Shown: positions 38,701-52,190 of the stretch, piece by piece
Layout: each line of letters starts with the position of its first letter
How positions within the stretch are numbered: position 1 is the stretch's first letter
DNA from: Catajapyx aquilonaris
Lineage: Eukaryota
NCBI GenBank assembly: GCA_000934665.2
Contig: JYFJ02000399.1
Location: 1-64,000 of the forward strand
DNA: 64,000 nucleotides
Direction of reading: 5' to 3'
Notes under the pieces: model-generated
What the model was told of the DNA's origin: nothing
The model's database searches: none
The model's input: only the letters and a program-made list of their open reading frames with translations
Made by a program: the position numbers and the translations under genes

Positions 38701-40805
38701 AATTAATAACGGCTTCCATCACTTCTTTTAAGACCCTTCCTTCTCAAGTCCTCTCTCTTCTTCTTTCCTCCAGATGAAAATAGACAGAGGTTGGCTATTG
38801 AAAGGTGCATTGAATTTCAGAAAGGTGGTCTCTCGGTTGAGACGCTTTCCAGATTCGCAACTGACGACTTCTGGTCACGCTTCGCCTCCTTACACTTTCG
38901 TTCCGTGACTGATAAACATAATCCCCCATAGTCCACATATCGAAGAAACTCGCTCTTCTTCTTATCCTTCCAACAATCCTTATACCAAGCAGAAGCTGTC
39001 GGTCGGCGACGACAAAGAAGACACGATTGAATCGAAATTTGCATTAAGACTCGTTTCATGTCTGGTCCTCTGATTTGTGAATCAGGCGTATATCGTGATC
39101 TTATGACGAGTAGGGAGTGGGGGAGGGGGTTGGCTCACGTCTCATTTCCTGTTCTCAAATGCCTGGAGTTACGAAGAACTTGTTTTCTCCTGTTGCAGAA
39201 GAATGTGTCAGAACGAATGGAAAATGTTGTCACTTTGTCAGGTGAGGAAAAATGATATGGGGAAGAGTTAGTTCTTCCCTGCCGATTGTAACTGGTAGTG
39301 CGAGGTGTGATATGTTTCAACTGTCTCGGATGCTTTTGCACAGTAGTGGTAGCCGGAATCTGACATGCAGTCATACTCGTATAATGGCTTAATAATGAGG
39401 TCATGTCGTACAGCCAAGATATTTTGCTCAAGTACAACTGTCGGACGTGCATTGCTTTCGATTTTAATTCTCTCTGGAAAGACAAGACTTGGTTTTTAAA
39501 AACATTGCTACAAATAAGTCATAGTTTCAATTAATTGTGACCAGGATAATTCGATTGATCTTCTTCGATCCGTAGCCAGTTTACTTTAGAGAGATCCTTG
39601 TTGACATAATTGGTAAGGTACTGTGAATATCGGACCTGACATGCTCCCTCGGATCCACAGAATAATGCATACAAATCATCTCCGATGTCACAAGTACAGA
39701 TCGGTCCTTTAGAATACAAACGCAGAACGAGTCTGTTATGGAAATCAATATTATATGCACAATACACAATTTAATATAATATTATTAATACTCTAAGTAT
39801 TGAGCCTAATGGTGTCAATTTATATGCCAAGTCATTTAATAATTAATCCACCACACTATTTTCATATGCAGTGGCAGAAAATATTTTACATCTATTCAGA
39901 GAGAAATATTAGTAGAAATTATATATTTTTTGAATGGTTGTCTTTTGATTCACTATTGCAATTTGGAAGTCTCAAGCCTCGAGCAGCACAAATGCTACTG
40001 AAAATGTGACCTTCTTATGAATATATTTTACAGTCACATTTTAATTATTATTCGCTGAATAACATATACTGTACAGTATCTGATGTCTACTACGAGTGAA
40101 AACATTATTGCCATTAAATTAGTATCAACAATGAAACCTTATTTACGTGGTTCATGCAGTTTTAGGTCATCAACCTGTTTCCTTCTAGCTAAATAAAAGT
40201 TCATTATTTTGACACAAAAATATAGGAATTTAAACTTTAGCCCTGTTCACAAAGGCCACCTCGCCTTGCGACGTCAACTTTCATTCAGCTCCTCGGGAAG
40301 TGCTTCAATTTCGCATAGATCCGGCCCAAAAAAACCAGTTGAACAAGAAAGAAAAGGAAAGTGCGACAACTGGAAAAACTATGAGGATGATGGCTGGAGG
40401 AGGGATAAACGTATTATGGTCAAAGAAGCAAGGTCGGGTAGCCCTTGCCATCAAGCCTCTTTTGTTGGCGCGTGTTTCCTCCCCGATTACTCCCCCTCTC
40501 CACCAGCTCCCTCTTTTTTTCTTTTTTTTCTTTTTTAACATTTCTCTTCTCCAATGTTGACCGGAACCAGGCCATCATCCTAAGTACACTCCTCCAACCG
40601 AGGCCCTCCTCAACAGAAAGCTACCATTTGATTGGTCCATGTTCCTCGGCCCCGACTCCCGCACATCACCTACATAACTGTTACCAAATATCCGGGAACC
40701 TATCCTATTTCAGGAGTCCTTCTAAGCGCCGCATTCAAAAGCTTCCCCCCCACCTCCTCTTATTCTTCTTTTTTTTTAATTTGCATAATTTTGAAAGGAG
40801 CGGGC

Positions 40806-40895
40806 TATATAAGGAGGCTGGGGTACAAAAAGGGCGCATTTTGCTCCAGTGCTGTGTGAAAGACCTAGAGAGAGAGACAGGTGTGAAAGGTAAGT
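40806..40895 (+). promoter_or_regulatory. TATA box and non-coding first exon of the SYGAP-repeat gene
   Basis: TATATAA at 40806, Inr-like GCATTT about 30 nt downstream, strong donor AAG|GTAAGT at 40890. The matching acceptor TAG directly precedes ATG 42450. Confidence 0.7.
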
Positions 40896-41225
40896 ATAAG
40901 GTGGAGGAGGCGGAGGAAGAAGAAGAAGAAGTGAAGAAGAGTCGGGTCACGACATGTGGTGAACTTGCTCGTTTGAACTCTATTGAGGGCCAGTGTGGAA
41001 AGGACTGTGCGCCTAAGAGTGTGTGCTCAAAAAGTGCTGCACCTGGAATTTGGTTCTTTGGTTCGGGTTTTTTTTCTTTTGGAGTTTTCCGGAGCACATC
41101 TGGATTCACAGTGACAACCCCCCATCGATTTCATCAAAAGTATGACATTTTTTTATTTTATTTGATATTAAGCTGTGTGTGTCATATTAGCATCGTTGTG
41201 GTAAGAATGTGCTAGAAAAAAATTA

Positions 41226-41334
41226 AATATGGAAGCAATGTTGTGAAATATTCAATATGGAAGCAATGTTGTGAAAAAAAATATGATGGAAGCAATGTTG
41301 AGCAATATTAAATATGGAAGCAATATTATGAAAA
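41226..41334. repeat. Minisatellite, ~28-bp unit x4 (ATGGAAGCAATGTTG)
   Basis: Directly visible. Confidence 0.9.
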
Positions 41335-42449
41335 ATTACACACAAGTCGCATTATAGCAATTTACATTAGTTCACATATAAATAATTAAATTATTATTAA
41401 TGTTAATTCCACTCTGCCATTCAAGTCTACATATCGCGCATATTTTCCAGTCTAAACTATGCACGTGCAATTGTTCCAAGTGCGCTTCATAGCTCGAGGG
41501 GAAAATGAGTAAAGCCACGTGCAGAAGCAATATGGACAGGAAAAAGTGGTATACTCTTCAAAACCCGTTATGTCCTTGTCAGGAATGTCCACTTTTAATT
41601 TTTTTTAACGCCCTTACCCTACATTTTGAAGTTGTCATTTTAATTAGGGGGAAAAAAAGAACCGAACTCAAGACAGGTTTCACTCTTTGCCAACCGGTCC
41701 TTGGTTGTGAAAATACAAATTGTCACATGCGGTTTGAATGTCAAGGCTAAAAATAATACTTATTCTTCTTGCGGCTATTATGCGGGTTGAAAATCGTAGG
41801 TGGCAAAAAGAAGAGCCTGGTGACCCAGTTCGTCATCACTTTCTTGGGAGGTTGTTGGCAGGAGAGAGAGGCCTTCTTCGATTCAACAATTCACAGCAGG
41901 CCATCTTTTGAGAAGCGCATCCATATTTACGTTTGTCATGGTTTCGAAGGGGGGTCCCCCAAAATGTGGCATGTGGTTGTTTTTTTTTTGCGTTACAATT
42001 GGGGTCAAGTGCATTGCCCATTAGTAAGTTGGAGCAGGTAGGACGTAAACATGCAACTGCGTGATTGTCAACATGGTTCCGGATTGGTGGAGAAATCATG
42101 TGCTTATCATGGATCTTCATCTCAGTCACAAAATAGAGACCGACTTTCCCTTACAACAGAGTTGGCACCGAAGGATAATGACACACGACTCTTTATTTAT
42201 TTTTTTGTTAACGGGGCATCCTTGACCCAGAGAAAATTAACGGGTGGTTTATGGCCTACCCGACTGATGAAGAACAATTCGACGAAACATTATCACCTTG
42301 CGGTTTGCTTGTACTTTCAACCACTTGGGGGGTTGTGAATACCAATCGGAAAACCACTTTCACCCCCGTAGATGTGACCGGAAGGGGTTATAGGAAGTGA
42401 CATGATCTAATCTAGCGGAACTTTCGCTTCTTTATTTTTTTCCTTATAG

Positions 42450-45400
42450 ATGCCACCAGCACGCGTGGGCTTGTTCCTACTGCTGCTGGCCCTTTCCGAA
42501 GTCTCCTCGAGTCACAGGCGCCAGAGGAGAGAGCCACCAAGTCACGGGGGAGGAAAGGGCGGCACCTTCACGCAGTCGCTGTCCTACGAGGTACCAGGGT
42601 CGTCCTACGGGGCGCCGTCGTCTTCGTACGGAGCGCCATCATCATCATACGGAGCACCGTCATCTTCATATGGCCCGCCTTCGTCGTCATATGGGGCGCC
42701 CTCCACTTCATACGGACCGCCATCGTCATCTTATGGCGTTCCGGACGATTCATACGGTCCGCCCAAAGTAAGTTGTGTAAAGTCCGTAACAGGGAGGATG
42801 GCGCTAACACTATGGGCGCTGTCAGTAGCGCATGCGTATTGACGTCACTTTTATGCGCATGTGTGAGACGTCTTAATTGGCCAATGGCGCTCTCACTTTC
42901 ACGCATGCGTATTGACGTCACAATTACTGCGCATGCGTGCGACGTCACTGACTCTCTTATTGGCTCGTGACATCACTGTCATGTATGCGCATGCGTAGTT
43001 CTCAAGTGGAATCCTACCATCACTAACTATGGCGGGCGATGGGCACTAACTCTAACCTCAATAATGGGTCTCAATTTGACGCATGGTTCGTTATTTTTAG
43101 AAGTACAAAAAAAAGCCGTCAACGTCGTACGGGCCTCCGTCTGACTCCTACGGTGCACCGGACACTTACGGGCCCCCCAAGGTAAAAAATAGGCCACTCA
43201 TCGAGGGGGTAGTAACTGTGTAAATCTGGGCATAAAATCCTTTTGGGAATCTTATGAATCCGATACACATTAAAATGGTACGTTGTTACCCCCTCGACTC
43301 TCATGGAGTTTCTGCCCCTCGCCCGCTGTAGCGCTGAGGTATCGGTACAATAAGTTGACCTCCAAATAGTTACTTCAGTGCAACTTGGCGCCACCTGCTC
43401 CCATTTATTGTAGGAGTAGTTATTCTTCAGTAAATCTTCTGAAGTGGGGTAAATAGGAGGACAATTTGCTTGATGCTTACAGAGTAAAGGGCACAAACTT
43501 CCTTCCGCATTCCCCGAATTGCAGTCTAACTATGATTTAATAGTACAAAGGTGGTGGTAGCGGAGGTGGAGGCTACGACTATGGCCACAGCAGCGGCGGA
43601 GGCGACTATGGACACGACGACGACAAAGGATTGGACATCCTGGGGGCCAAGAAGGCCCTGAAAGGAGCGGTGATGAAAGCGCTCAAATCCGTGAAAGGTC
43701 ACTTCAAGAAGCTGAAAGGAAAGCTGATGAAGGCCAAGGGAACCATCTTGGCCAAGAAGGGAGAAGCCGTCTACAAGCTGGGAGAACTCTTGCTGAAGAA
43801 AGGGAAGAAGTTGAAGTCCAAGGCTAAGGGCAAGGGCAAGGGCAAGGGCGGAGGCGGAGGTGGACACAGCGGAAGCGGCAGTGGAGGCGGAGGATACGAC
43901 TACAAGCCTAAGAAAGGTTAGCATTTGTCACGTGAGTCTTACAGTTCGATTAAGTGTTCAAATATGTAACATGTTTTTTATTAAGAAAATGGGTAGGAAG
44001 TAATACAAAAATCAGCTTTGTTACGATGTCCGTTCAGTGATCGTAAAACGCAGTAATGTCGCTTGTTTGAAAGGTACAGTATGTGGACGCCAAACCGACT
44101 GGCAGGCTTGTAGTTCGAGACTTGTATCGCACTGTAAAGTTTTAAGTATCACTTTGTAGATGTGCGTAAGCCAAGTTGTGTCACTTTCAATCTTTTGCAC
44201 TGTAGCACAGTAGACGTAAGTTTCTACTGTACCGCACTCTGTCCGCACATTGATAGCAATACCATGTACTGTGGGATATTGGGCTTAATGTTGATTGTTT
44301 AAATCTAATGCTGTCCTCAGCAAAAACGCCGCATCTGCAACGTCGCACTTGCAGATACGGCCTTTTTGCTAAGCACACCACCAGTACATCATTTCTTACG
44401 CAACCCGATCTCAGTTGCCACGTAGCATCATTGCACATTTGCATGCACTCCCTACTACTCTCTGATTCCAGGATACTCTGGGTACATAGTAATCAAAGCC
44501 GTAAAGACCGGCGGATACGGCCCACCCAGCACCTCGTACGGACCTCCGTCTACTTCATACGGTCCGCCGTCCACTTCTTACGGCCCGCCGTCCTCCTCTT
44601 ACGGAGCACCTTCCGGCGGCGGTAGCGGCGGCGGATACGGCGCTCCTTCTTCCTTCTCCTCTTCTGGCTCCGGACCGTCCAGCAGCTATGGCGCTCCGTC
44701 TCAAAGCTACGGTGCTCCGTCTCAAAGCTACGGTTCTCCATCTTTCTCCTCACCTTCAGAGCCAGCCAGCGGTTACGGCGCTCCGGCCGAAACTTACGGC
44801 GCCCCCTCTCAGAGTTACGGCGCTCCTTCCCAGACTTATGGCACGCCGTCGCAGACCTATGGGACGCCTTCTTCGCAATACACGGGCCCGTCCCAGACGT
44901 ACGGAGAGCCAGCCCCAAGCTACGGCCCGCCACCGTCGTCGAGTTATGGCCCACCGTCCGACACTTACGGAACACCGTCCCAAAGTTACGGCGCCCCAAG
45001 CGGTGGTGGTGGTGGTAGTGGAGGCGGCGGCGGCGGCGGATTCTCTTCATCAGGGGGTGGTGGCAGCTCGTACGGTGCTCCATCCGATAGCTACGGTGCA
45101 CCGTCTGGAAAGTCCAAGGGTGTCGTTACAGCAGCGGTAACAGCGCATCATACGCAGCACAAGAAGGGCAAGTCGTTTTCCCCTTCCTCATTCTCCGGAA
45201 TCCAGTTTGACTCCATCGTACCGGCAGTTAACGTGTACTCTGAGACTCTGACACAACAGCAGCCTTCTGCGTACGAGGACGATCTGAAAGGGTCGTACTC
45301 GTCGCACAACTCGGTCGAGGCTGAGCTGCCTGGCGGTGCGGCCGTTTTGGGCAACACGCCCGCCATTTTGAGCTCTTCCCCGACCGCGACAGCCATTTTG

Positions 45401-45628
45401 GATGGCACGACGCATCAGGGTAGCCAAGGGCCTGCGGACGGCTTTTCCCTGTATGTACAAACGTCGGACCCAGGACAACCACACCGAGACGCAACGACAC
45501 CTTCCTCCCCGACATTTGAAGTCTCGCCAGCCATCCTGGCACACGAGTTCCAGGAATCGACAGTTCTGCGCACCAGTGCTCAACCCCCATATGACAGTCA
45601 CCAGACCTCGTCAACCCCATCCCGTTAG
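42450..45628 (+). CDS. Secreted SYGAP/SYGPP-repeat structural (cuticle/ECM-type) protein with a Lys-rich helical insert, 642 aa
   Basis: Exons 42450-42767, 43101-43181, 43544-43916, 44472-45628, phases 0,0,1, 1929 nt open. Signal peptide, RRQRR convertase site, many S(S/Q/T)YG(A/P/T)P repeats, Gly runs. No R&R chitin-binding or Tweedle domain recognised. Confidence 0.9.
42828..42996. repeat. Intronic array of GCGCATGCGT + (T)GACGTC(A) units
   Basis: Five (G/A)CGCATG(C/T)GT motifs, four followed by a GACGTC core, interspersed with ATTGG/CCAAT. Confidence 0.75.
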
Positions 45629-48600
45629 AGTTGCCAAGACGTTTTTTTTTTTGTTGAATTTTTATTTAAAAACAAAAAAATGAAAAGAAAAAATGATAGA
45701 AACGCAGACGTTTTTGTTATTACCAGACTGACAATTGTGTTGGAGAGTGTATACTGTGCCCCCTATAATATTCCTCCTGTTTCCAACATTCTATTTACTG
45801 TTTCAGGTTAACGTCTTCCAGAAGTGAAGAATGTTCGTGCCAATGGATCAACGGCTCCCAATGTTTCAGGAAGACACATAGGGAGGTGTATAAAATAATG
45901 GGAAGGGTTGACCATTCGCATTTCTTTACAAATTTTTTTTTGGCACCATCTTGTCATAAATTAGCGCAAAATGCTCAAAATCAGTATTAGTGCGGAATTG
46001 TTCTTTTCTGTTCACTTGTCTTTACCAGACCGGCACAGTACCAAAGAATGTCTCTCTAATTGAAAGTAATGCACCTTCTTGTGGCCATCGCAGTCCTCAT
46101 GTTGGACTATACCAGAAAATATGGAAAAAAAAAACCCAGCCATTAACGACATGGACAATGTACTGTACAAAGGTGGAGGGATTGAAGTCAAGAGCAAGAT
46201 GTGGGGTCCCCTCATTATTGTATGCTACAATTGACTATTATGACCGAAAAAGCACTCCATTTTTATAGTGATTGTTTTTTTTTGCAGCAAGCTCAAATTC
46301 ACAGTCCGCCCTATTTTATTTTCAAATTATTGGAATCCATGAGGCGTCCTATGAATTTGAATTTTAAAAATTGTTTTTAGACGGGGTCAGATGACAAGCA
46401 AAATTTTGTGTTTTCATTTGTTTGTCATCTGTCCCTCTCTCAATAAACATATGTTTATGCAAAAAAACTGCCTATTTATTTCTGACGTTTGTAGAAAAAA
46501 ATGAGGGCATTTATTAATAGAAGAACAACACGTGTCCTGGACGCCATTTTTTTGGATGGGAGAGATATCGGTCGCGGATATCAGGACCGGATTGAAAGGA
46601 GATGACGAGGCGAGAATGTGGACCGGAATAGTAGGCACCTCAGAGAAAGCCCAAGAAAGGTACTGCATCTGTGCCTATGAGTTCTTAGAAGAAAAAGAAA
46701 GAAAAAAGAATTGGACCCCACAGCAAGATACGTTTGTCGGACGGAAGTGAAAGTTTAGTGGCCACGAGCCCTTTCTCATAGCTTCATTAGAAGGGTGATA
46801 GATTGGGGTTTTGTACATACACCCATATTTGACACTATTTTGTATGTCTTCAAGTAGGTGGTTGAACCCTTTGCTCGTAAAGAATAGTATGCAATCACAT
46901 TTGTTCGATCAACAAGAAATGTGGGTCGAGATACCCCGCGGAGCACAGTTTAAAATTGGCCATTTTGATTTTGAGAGATGGGTTAATTGAGGCGTCGGAT
47001 CCTTCACGATTGTTGTTCCAGGCTGCCCTTCACGTCTGTAAATTTATAATGAAAAAAATTGGGTTTGTAGAGGCCGTCGTGCCACTTTGTCGATGCCATC
47101 GATCAAGGGCTCTTTTGTGCTGGGATCAAGTTCAATATCATATGCAGGTATAGCCTGGAACAATGGGGGTATTCCTTAATTAGAATCCGAATGTACCGTT
47201 TTGTAGCATGGAACGATGCGCATATGAAGAAGCAACAATCTGACTTTCCATTTCAGAGTACGACAATTTTTGTTTTCGGATGCTCCAGGTCGTGAATTTT
47301 CACGCGACGGTGCCAGTAATCACGTAAATTACGACTTGAATCACTCGTCACGCTTCTTGGTTCCCCCCGCTACTTTTTATGGTTTTTATTGTCGGGACAT
47401 GTGATTAACAAAGCACGAACATCATGGCATGAAAGTTGACAATTTGGGTACAGAAATGAAAATTTATTTCACGCCCCAAGAATATAAAAAAATAACGACA
47501 CGAGCCCCACGTTGCCTGACATTGTGAAAAATTTATTAAACATTGAATTGAATTGAATATCAACACTTTCATTGACTTTCATGCCATTACATGACTGAAA
47601 TTAAATATTATTACTTGCTACTACTCTTGGTATACAGGTGACATAATTTCAATAGGTTAGCATTAGAATAAATAATTTGCTATTTATTGCCAGTCAGCTG
47701 GTATACTTGGTATGAAACTTTCCAAAGAGCAATTTATTATTGTTATCCTGTTATTGTTATCACAGGATTATGCTATTGTTTTAAGTGCTTTGAACTGGTA
47801 CTGGGACCATGAACAGCAAGTGACACTAATTATCGCGTTGGAAGAGTAGAAATCAGCTTTTCGGACAAGATTCTAATCTCATTCACAGGATGCGCTTCAA
47901 ATTTGTATTCACTCCGAGCCTGGCTATATCTTAAAAACACAGCCGGTTTTTCCTGAGCGACAATTAATTATTTCAGTAGGCCAACCGGATAAGGGTATCA
48001 GCCTAACAAGAAATTGAGCGTAACTCTTGCCACCCCTTCCTAATCATTCTAGGCTCAACAGACAAAAGCACTTGGGATAATCCCATCAGCTGCAACAATC
48101 TGGTTCCGTCACGTTGAACACACATCTTTTCTCACAGTTCATATCGGAGTCAGTGACGTAACTCGTAACATACAAAAATCCTTCATGCTTGAACTACAGT
48201 AAAAATTTTCTCAAGAGATGAAACCTGGTGGCCAACAGATGTCGACACGATTCTGACTCATTCAAAAAGGTGAGATCACGGCGATGCAAACTCAAGCCGG
48301 AAGATGACGCTACGTTCTGGAACCAACAACTCAAGTTTTAATAATTCGGTGCAAAAAAAACCTTTAAAGAAAAAAGTTTACTACCACTGTGACAGCAGTA
48401 ATAAATTCCTGACCCCATCAGAAGTAATAACTTTTTGAAATATTAAGCAAGAAACCACTGGCAAATGACATGTTCCAAGTAAGTTATAACGTTCTAGTTA
48501 CGACCCATTAAGATGCTTATCAGTGGTTAAGATAATTTGATAATGCAACGCTTGTTATTACTAAAGTTTTATTGTCAACAGCGGGAAATATTTTAACATT

Positions 48601-51600
48601 CACGAATTACTGTGAGAAGCGGTTACAATGAACGCTATGAATTTTAAGAAGATGAGGCACATGAGGAGGCTGCCTAATTAGAGATGGCAAAATTGTGATT
48701 AATAACGACACATGTCACAAATTGCGTACGGTACATAAATGGACGGACATGTTCCGTTAGAAAAACCCGTACGGTAAAAAAGCTAACATCATGTGGGTTG
48801 CGTCACTCAAGGATAAAACCAGTGATTCTTCATGTTTGCTGATGTCAGCTCGATTATTTGCATACCAGATGATCCAACTTCCCACTTTTAGTAACAGGAA
48901 GTAAATAATTATAAGTGATGGCACCATGTAATATTCATAAACTGTGCCAAAATTTAAGAGTCAATAAATAATGAAGGCATGGTTGTGTCAGTTGCGTTTA
49001 GTTTCGATCTATCGCTATTTTTCACGCTTTAGCTTAATGGCCGCCATGGAAATAGTGGACAAACACATTAAGCAGATGTCTGCGGAAGGGTGTGCTTCAT
49101 TGTCAGGTGGAATCACACACACCTGCACCTCGGAGCCTCCCACACATTTACTGCCTGTCAAATTCAGACCCACTTGTCCAAATATTGTCGCTGCACACTA
49201 AATCATCGCTCTTGAAATACGGAATAATCCTGGATATAAACTAAAGAGGTGTTGCGATGCTTTAACTCTTTGCAACAATAACTACACTTGAATGGCCCAA
49301 GGCCCCAACACAATGAACTTGTACGCAATATTAAAGTATGTACAGTAGGCTATAATGAAATATTAAATTTTTATTTGCACATAATTACTTGTATACTTGT
49401 ATAATACTGACCAATAAGGAACATGAACATAATTACAAATTATGTATTGTTCATTTATTTAATTATTAATTTTACTTAAGTTATTGTTAATTCATTTGTT
49501 TGTTATTAGTTAATTAGCTATTTAATGCTAATTTATTATTTATCTACCTATTAGATTTATTTCTTCAAACAAAAGTACCACACAATTCATTTAAAAATAA
49601 TACTATTTTTACATGGGTTTGCAAAATGTAGGCCATAGACCTTATAAGGTCTATGATGTAGGCTAGGACCCCATTATTTATTTTAAATTTATTATTGTTG
49701 TATTTATTATTAATGAAAGGAATGAAATTAAATAACAGTATAATTTAAATTAAAATAAAATTTTAAAAACCTGTTAAATGAAAGTTAAAATTTATCATTT
49801 TGGACGGACTGGGACTTTTTCCTCGAGAGATCCATTAAATTCAACTTTAAAAAAATAACACTTTGTAACCTCAGTTCTTGGCAAAGCTAATTAACCTCCG
49901 GCAAGTAATTTATTTGGAGCAAAGTTCGTGATTTGCATTTCGTTATTTACTTCTAATTACAGTTTCCCTTCTCTGGCGCTTTTAATCGTGGCGTTGCAAG
50001 GCACGTTTCGAGCAAGTGAGACTCGTTTTTCCTCCGTCTACCAAGAATTTCATTTCCAAGAGACAACTTTGACGTCAACTAGTCATATTCAAAGAAGCAA
50101 GGGGGGCGGAGAGCTTCACACGGATTGAATAAAATTAATTAAATTCGCACGCTACAGGAATTGGCAAAGGCTTGTGTTCAGAAGCGCCGCAGTTTCGTTT
50201 GGATGCGATCTAAGCTCACGAGATGTTGAAAATAAATAATTTCATTAAAGCAACAACTTGAATGAGCAGATCATTATTTTGCCAACTTGATTCAATTGTT
50301 CCTTGCAATGAAGTTCAACTGTCACATTAACTTTATAGTAACTGTGCTACCATATCATAGCTTTAATATATTTTTGCGAAAGAAACTGATTATTTTTAAT
50401 TTATGTACTACGATGGAGTAATTTAACAAGTTGGTCCAACCTGAAACACTGCTTACAGATTATCACATTATTCAGCCCTTTTCCTGGGATGATATTATGC
50501 CACTTTTACTGCTGAATAACTGCTACTCTTTTTATTTTGCTGGTGATGAGAAATGCTGAGAGTCATTCTGTGGTTTAAAAGGTCTGGAGGTTGGACTGGA
50601 ATATGAATTAGTTGTCGACCCAGCTAATGACTTCGTGAGAAAATGGAAGCTCTTTCCCCGAGCAGGCAATGTCCTCTCGGTCCGCCTCTCGAAGGCAATT
50701 GTGGCCCTGGAAACGACACGAGTTTACCATGTTCATGAGGGCAGTTTCGACACGTGCTGGTGGCTTTTCAACCGTGACTCTACTGTTGACAAGCTGTTTG
50801 TAACTGTCTCTTGCGCCACGTGGTAAGCCCAGAAGTGGCCATTATCACATGACTTCACCAGGGCTGCTGTCAGTTCGGATTAAAACTGCTATATAAGAGG
50901 GGGCGGACACACGAGTTTCTCAGGCAGATTACTGCAAAAGTTGACAACTTCGGGGAGGAGTTAAAATGTGATGCATTACTTTCTCCAGTCGCGCATGCGC
51001 CGTGCACTTCCACTTACACATCGGGATCTACCATTGGAAAGAAGCGACTTGAATGATTAATCCATCCTGAAATCAGCGTAATTAAATAGCCTACTAAGAA
51101 TCATACAGAAAGCAAAATTAAGATGTGATTCCAGTATCACAAATTAATATCGGTTTACCAATCGCTTCTTTTCTCTATATGTATAAAAGGCAAAGTTTGT
51201 TTGTCCATTTCATACCCGTTTGCCGTTTCATTCCCGGTGATTTCCACATTATTGTGTCGACGATGCCAATATAGACCAACATGTCATAACTCATACATAT
51301 AAAACATGCCGCCCATTAATTCTGAGACATGAAAGTTGTCCGACGACCTACCGTACGCAAACGTAAAGTGTCGAGAAGAAAAAAAAGGAGCATAGAGGTC
51401 GAGGTGCGGCCTTGAAAGAGGCCACTTAGCTCAATGAAAAGAATTTGAATGCCGAGGAGGTGTCAAGCATGTAAATAAACACTCTCGGAACAATAGGCAG
51501 CAGCATCCCGAATCGCCACCAGGGTATGACCATCGACTTACTTTTTACTGATGTTACAACCTGCTTTTGCATGTACTGTACATTGGTTGCTAACACAGGA

Positions 51601-52144
51601 GCGCACCTTGTTACTTAAAAAAAACGGCTTCATCAGCATTGCGATTCCTTCCTCAAGACGGAACTAATTAAGATGATAATAGAGTCGGATTTGGGCGTCT
51701 CTCTCTGTAGATGGAGTCAGAAGAGAAATAAGTCGCGCCCTGCAATTATCCTTAATGATCTTCATGTAATTATGCAACCAACCGGGTCCCGTAAACATTT
51801 CCTTTTTAACCTTTCCTGACGGAAATGCACAGGAGATTTCGGATCCAAACTTTAACGCTGTCTTTCGTCGTAAAGGAACTGTCTGGAACAATAAGATCTT
51901 CTGAAGCAAAAACCAGGTAGCCTATAAGACAATCAGAAAAAATCTAATCAAATGATTTTTGCGATAATGCGACAAGTAAGAAACATTTAATTTCAATGGT
52001 GAGTTTATTACAAAATTTCACAGCCATTAATCCGTCATTTCTGATGAAAAAAATCAAACCTTTCCTGTTGAGACGATTTGCGACTTTAAATGAGTAAAAT
52101 AAAATAAACTAAAAAAATAACAAAATAAAATAGGCTAAAAAACT

Positions 52145-52147
52145 GAA

Positions 52148-52190
<43 letters not shown>
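52145..52190. repeat. (AAAT)n microsatellite
   Basis: Perfect run. Confidence 0.9.

Noticed and set aside
40445..41215. 256-aa ORF
   Set aside because: Runs through a TATA box, 5'UTR exon and intron; low-complexity, non-protein-like composition.
41226..41334. CRISPR-like repeat-spacer look here and at 62850-63030
   Set aside because: Units are short and degenerate without unique ~30-nt spacers; eukaryotic context with no cas genes.
44550..45620. Arg-rich alternative-frame and antisense ORFs over the SYGAP gene
   Set aside because: Shadow ORFs of a GC-rich repetitive coding exon.
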